Source of the DNA: Candidatus Thorarchaeota archaeon
Lineage (GTDB): Archaea > Asgardarchaeota > Heimdallarchaeia > Hodarchaeales > Hodarchaeaceae
Assembly: GCA_048882505.1 (NCBI GenBank)
Contig: JBHLRO010000053.1
Coordinates: forward strand, 1-7,588
DNA length: 7,588 nucleotides
Reading direction: 5' to 3'
Below the pieces are notes generated by a model. That model searched no databases. It was not told the DNA's origin and saw only the letters and a list, made by a program, of their open reading frames with translations. Position numbers and translations under genes: made by a program. How positions within the stretch are numbered: position 1 is the stretch's first letter; each line of letters starts with the position of its first letter. Shown one piece after another: positions 5,890 to 7,588 of the stretch.

Positions 5890-5905
5890 GGGCCATAGTT
5901 TTATC
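5890..5905 (+). repeat. Intergenic bulged-hairpin motif, copy 4 (GGGCCATAGTTTTATC)
   Basis: One mismatch (A>G) that keeps stem pairing as G:T. Lies between convergent stop codons. Confidence 0.85.
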
Positions 5906-5934
5906 CACCAAACGCGCGCGTGTTCTAATGAATC

Positions 5935-7170
5935 TCAGCTATCCGAATTCGCTACTTCTGTTGTCTTCAATGTCTTAGGCATGGTGATAAGTAGCGGGAT
6001 CCTAATGAAAACATCGGCTATTATATGGAAAAGAAAGGGTGCCTGAGGGGAGATATAGGTGTACAGGAGGCCGCCAAGGATGGGGGCGGGAATCCGGAAA
6101 ATCCCCCTCAGAAGCTCTCTTATGCCCATCCACCTACCCCTCTCTGACGGATCCACAAGCTCGTTCCTGTAAGCGGCTAAAATGCTCAGACTGGGTTGGA
6201 AGGTCCCCCGGAGAGCCCAACCTATTACAATCAACCGTGGATCGGGAGTATACAGTAGTATTAGGGTGGAAGCGTGGAAGAAGGGCCTCAGGAGCAATAT
6301 CGTCCTTATCCTCCCTATCCTGTCAGCTAGGTGCCCCAGGGGGATGGAGGACACTATGCTGACCAGAGCCGTAGCAACCCCCATGGCTCCGATGATCATG
6401 GGGCCGGCCCCTTGCTCCTCCGCCGCGTAGACCATTATGTAACGGGCCATGACCGTGAAGGAGGATGCACTCAAAGTGTCGATAATCAGCCACCTCTTTA
6501 GAACTGGACTGCCCGAGAGCACCGAACGGAACGCCCCGATTAAGGATGGTCCAAAGCCCTGTCCGAGACTTTGTGTCCCACGAAGTTTGATGCTCACATA
6601 GACAGATATCAGTACGAGCCCTGCGAACTCGATGAGGAAGAGGACATTGATGCTGTCTACGGAGAGCCCACCTAGCTGGGTTAGGATGGCCCCAGCCACC
6701 AAGGGGATAACAATGTTGGGAATCATGGAGAGTGCTGTGACGGAGGCGAATCCCGTCGCCCTGTCATCGTCCCTCAGGGAGTTGGCAATGATTACATTCT
6801 CGACGCCACTAGCGCAGAAGAATGCTAGGGTCGACAGGGCGGTGGCCATCGCTATCCAGACCCAGTCCCTTGCGTAGAAATATGTCAGGGGAACCAAGGC
6901 CTGGGTGAAGATGGTGACGATAAGTATCTTTGCAGCACTATACCTGTCGATAAGCCAGCCGAAAGGGTAGGAGATGATGGAGTTCATCAACGCCCCGATA
7001 GAGCCTACAAAGCCCAGCTGAACGAAGCTGGCCCCAAGGAGGCGGATGTACACGTTGACATAATTAACGGTCAAGTTGTTGAAGAGGGAGAACCCAACAC
7101 GCTTGATGAGGACCAGCTTGAAGTTGTGGCCCTGTCTCCTAACAAAATCCAGTAGCTCTTCAACGACCAT
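5935..7170 (-). CDS. Major facilitator superfamily transporter (411 aa)
   Basis: About 12 hydrophobic segments, with MFS motif-A-like loops in both halves: FGWLIDRYSAAK and LGHLADRIGRIR. Confidence 0.92.
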   Translation of the reverse strand: MVVEELLDFVRRQGHNFKLVLIKRVGFSLFNNLTVNYVNVYIRLLGASFVQLGFVGSIGALMNSIISYPFGWLIDRYSAAKILIVTIFTQALVPLTYFYARDWVWIAMATALSTLAFFCASGVENVIIANSLRDDDRATGFASVTALSMIPNIVIPLVAGAILTQLGGLSVDSINVLFLIEFAGLVLISVYVSIKLRGTQSLGQGFGPSLIGAFRSVLSGSPVLKRWLIIDTLSASSFTVMARYIMVYAAEEQGAGPMIIGAMGVATALVSIVSSIPLGHLADRIGRIRTILLLRPFFHASTLILLYTPDPRLIVIGWALRGTFQPSLSILAAYRNELVDPSERGRWMGIRELLRGIFRIPAPILGGLLYTYISPQAPFLFHIIADVFIRIPLLITMPKTLKTTEVANSDS

Positions 7171-7297
7171 TAGAGATCAAACGACCTTTCCAATGTAGAT
7201 CCAATTATCGATACTTTGACATTCTACATACAAAAAGGCATCTCGCGCGCGGGATTAGAAGCATTCGGAAGAGTCGGCGAAGCGACACCTTTTAATT

Positions 7298-7588
7298 TCA
7301 TATTAATACCTCAAACCACGCTCCAAACAAGAGCAATGCTAAAATTATTACGATAAACAAAATAAGTTCTTTATTATTTTCTTTAAATACAACTCTCCAA
7401 TTTCTTTTTTGCTCAGGAAATAGTCTCTTCCAATTCTTCTTCCAGAAATCCATAATTTCATTTATTTCAGGTTTTACACCAAAAATTTCTGTGCCTAACG
7501 CCGATGCAAAGGTTATTGTTAGAAGGATAAAAGAAACCTCTATAGTAATTAAAATTGGTGAGTGCCAAAAAGGTACACCACGCCCAAT
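7298..7588 (-). CDS. Membrane protein, 3' part, SpoIIM/DUF95-like (5' end outside window; not in the ORF track)
   Basis: Hand translation is open from 7588 to TGA at 7300-7298: IGRGVPFWHSPILITIEVSFILLTITFASALGTEIFG...ELILFIVIILALLLFGAWFEVLI*. The H...E...A..G and terminal A..E pattern resembles SpoIIM C-termini as I recall them. Confidence 0.6.
   Translation of the reverse strand: MGRGVPFWHSPILITIEVSFILLTITFASALGTEIFGVKPEINEIMDFWKKNWKRLFPEQKRNWRVVFKENNKELILFIVIILALLLFGAWFEVLI

Noticed and set aside
2322-5905. CRISPR array interpretation of the 16-nt repeat
   Set aside because: The repeats are too short, the intervals are 0.7-1.9 kb and contain whole genes, and there are no cas genes.
2311-5921. 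Classical integron attC sites
   Set aside because: There are no RYYYAAC...GTTRRRY R boxes around the hairpins, the genes face both directions, and no intI is in the window.
147-6877. Other short ORF-track entries overlapping the called genes (e.g. 147..398, 246..524, 631..972, 1018..1356, 1198..1575, 2614..2970, 4700..4960, 4758..4943, 5576..5758, 6039..6362, 6182..6430, 6632..6877)
   Set aside because: Shadow or antisense frames of genes with recognisable motifs, with no independent support.
1-7588. tRNA, rRNA, transposase, recombinase or reverse transcriptase genes
   Set aside because: None recognisable on either strand; any enzyme acting on the repeated sites would have to be encoded elsewhere.

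Overview
Probably archaeal accessory DNA: GGTGA/GAGGTG ribosome-binding sites, a TATA/BRE-like promoter and the gene families suggest Bathyarchaeia-like archaea, but this is inference. Genes, left to right: two tandem TIGR04076-like small proteins; a broken CPBP (CAAX/Abi-type) protease gene whose catalytic middle is replaced by an intact CPBP paralog; a third, convergent CPBP gene; an AT-rich stretch with a degraded ORF; a Pol-beta-like nucleotidyltransferase; a 5'-truncated TIGR04076 copy; a 4-TM membrane protein; an MFS transporter; and the 3' end of a SpoIIM/DUF95-like membrane protein. The main signal is intergenic. A bulged-hairpin motif, GGGCCATA(A/G)TTTTATC, occurs four times in the same orientation, and there is a fifth structural variant. 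Each has G/T-rich sequence to its left and C/A-rich sequence to its right, and together they split the region into roughly one-gene units. Separately, short (CG)n tracts bracket many genes and mark breakpoints. With the sharp GC changes between genes and the gene fragments, this looks like a gene-cassette array with non-attC sites. No recombinase, transposase or cas gene is in the window, so the mechanism is unproven.
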